DNA of 64,000 nt from Camelus ferus. Its lineage: Eukaryota. The notes beneath the pieces are model-generated. The model was given only the letters and a program-made list of their open reading frames with translations, was not told where the DNA came from and did not search any database. This document shows, piece by piece, positions 63,491 through 64,000 of this stretch. Both the position numbers and the translations under genes were made by a program. Location of the stretch: positions 87,794,001 through 87,858,000 of the forward strand of contig NC_045697.1 of assembly GCF_009834535.1 (NCBI RefSeq), given 5' to 3'. Each line of letters begins with the position of its first letter. The first letter of the stretch is position 1.

Positions 63491-64000
63491 TATCCCTTAC
63501 AAGGTATAATCTTGGGCAACATTCTTTAAACTCTCTAAGTCTCAGTCTCCTCATCTATAAAATAGTTTGTTACCTCTCAAGGTTATCCAAAGACTGAATG
63601 ACTTAATGCTTTCAAAATCCTTAGTAGTGTAACTAGCACATCCTGAACATCAATAAACGTTACTTTTCTTTCATAGTACTTTTAGTGTTTGTCTATTCAT
63701 TTGATTCTCTGTTTTGAAGAAGATAAAGACCTCTACATATAATTTAACAATGTATAATATTTCTTAGTATTGTATTATTAAACTTTAATATTTATTGAAC
63801 AACACTTATTTTTAAGACTAATTTCCAAGGATACAATGTAGTGTAAAATATGGTGACTGAAATCAATGACTGTAATACCACAACAATTTTAAGTGACTTA
63901 GGGTAAAAGAAAAAAAAAAAACTTTACAAACTAATATTTTCCAGATTTCAGAACTTACTTAACTAATACATGGGATGTGTCTGCATATATATATTTTTTC

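Noticed and set aside
1..64000. CRISPR arrays, tRNA/rRNA/snRNA genes, intact L1 or ERV coding regions
   Set aside because: No regularly spaced repeat-spacer array or RNA-gene motifs were seen, and all retroelement coding remnants are truncated and full of stops.

Overview
AT-rich, CpG-depleted placental-mammal DNA with no recognisable protein-coding exon, RNA gene or CpG island, so it is intronic or intergenic. Much of it is decayed interspersed repeats (L1/HAL1, L2, MIR, MaLR MLT1 and ERVL MLT2/LTR16 LTRs, hAT and mariner MITEs). Repeat families were assigned by eye from remembered consensus motifs, and most boundaries are approximate. A young L1 3' end and the absence of Alu, Bov-A/tA, PRE-1 and CHR SINEs suggest a cetartiodactyl, possibly a camelid. 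I found no new gene system. The most notable structure is a complex local rearrangement at about 56.9-57.9 kb. It has a 169-bp ungapped inverted repeat whose 57-bp spacer is copied from about 660 bp upstream, and an MLT1 LTR split into oppositely oriented halves, consistent with a multi-step template-switch inversion-duplication. Second is a 187-bp orphan poly(A) retrocopy with AATAAA and a 17-bp TSD at 53.65-53.87 kb.
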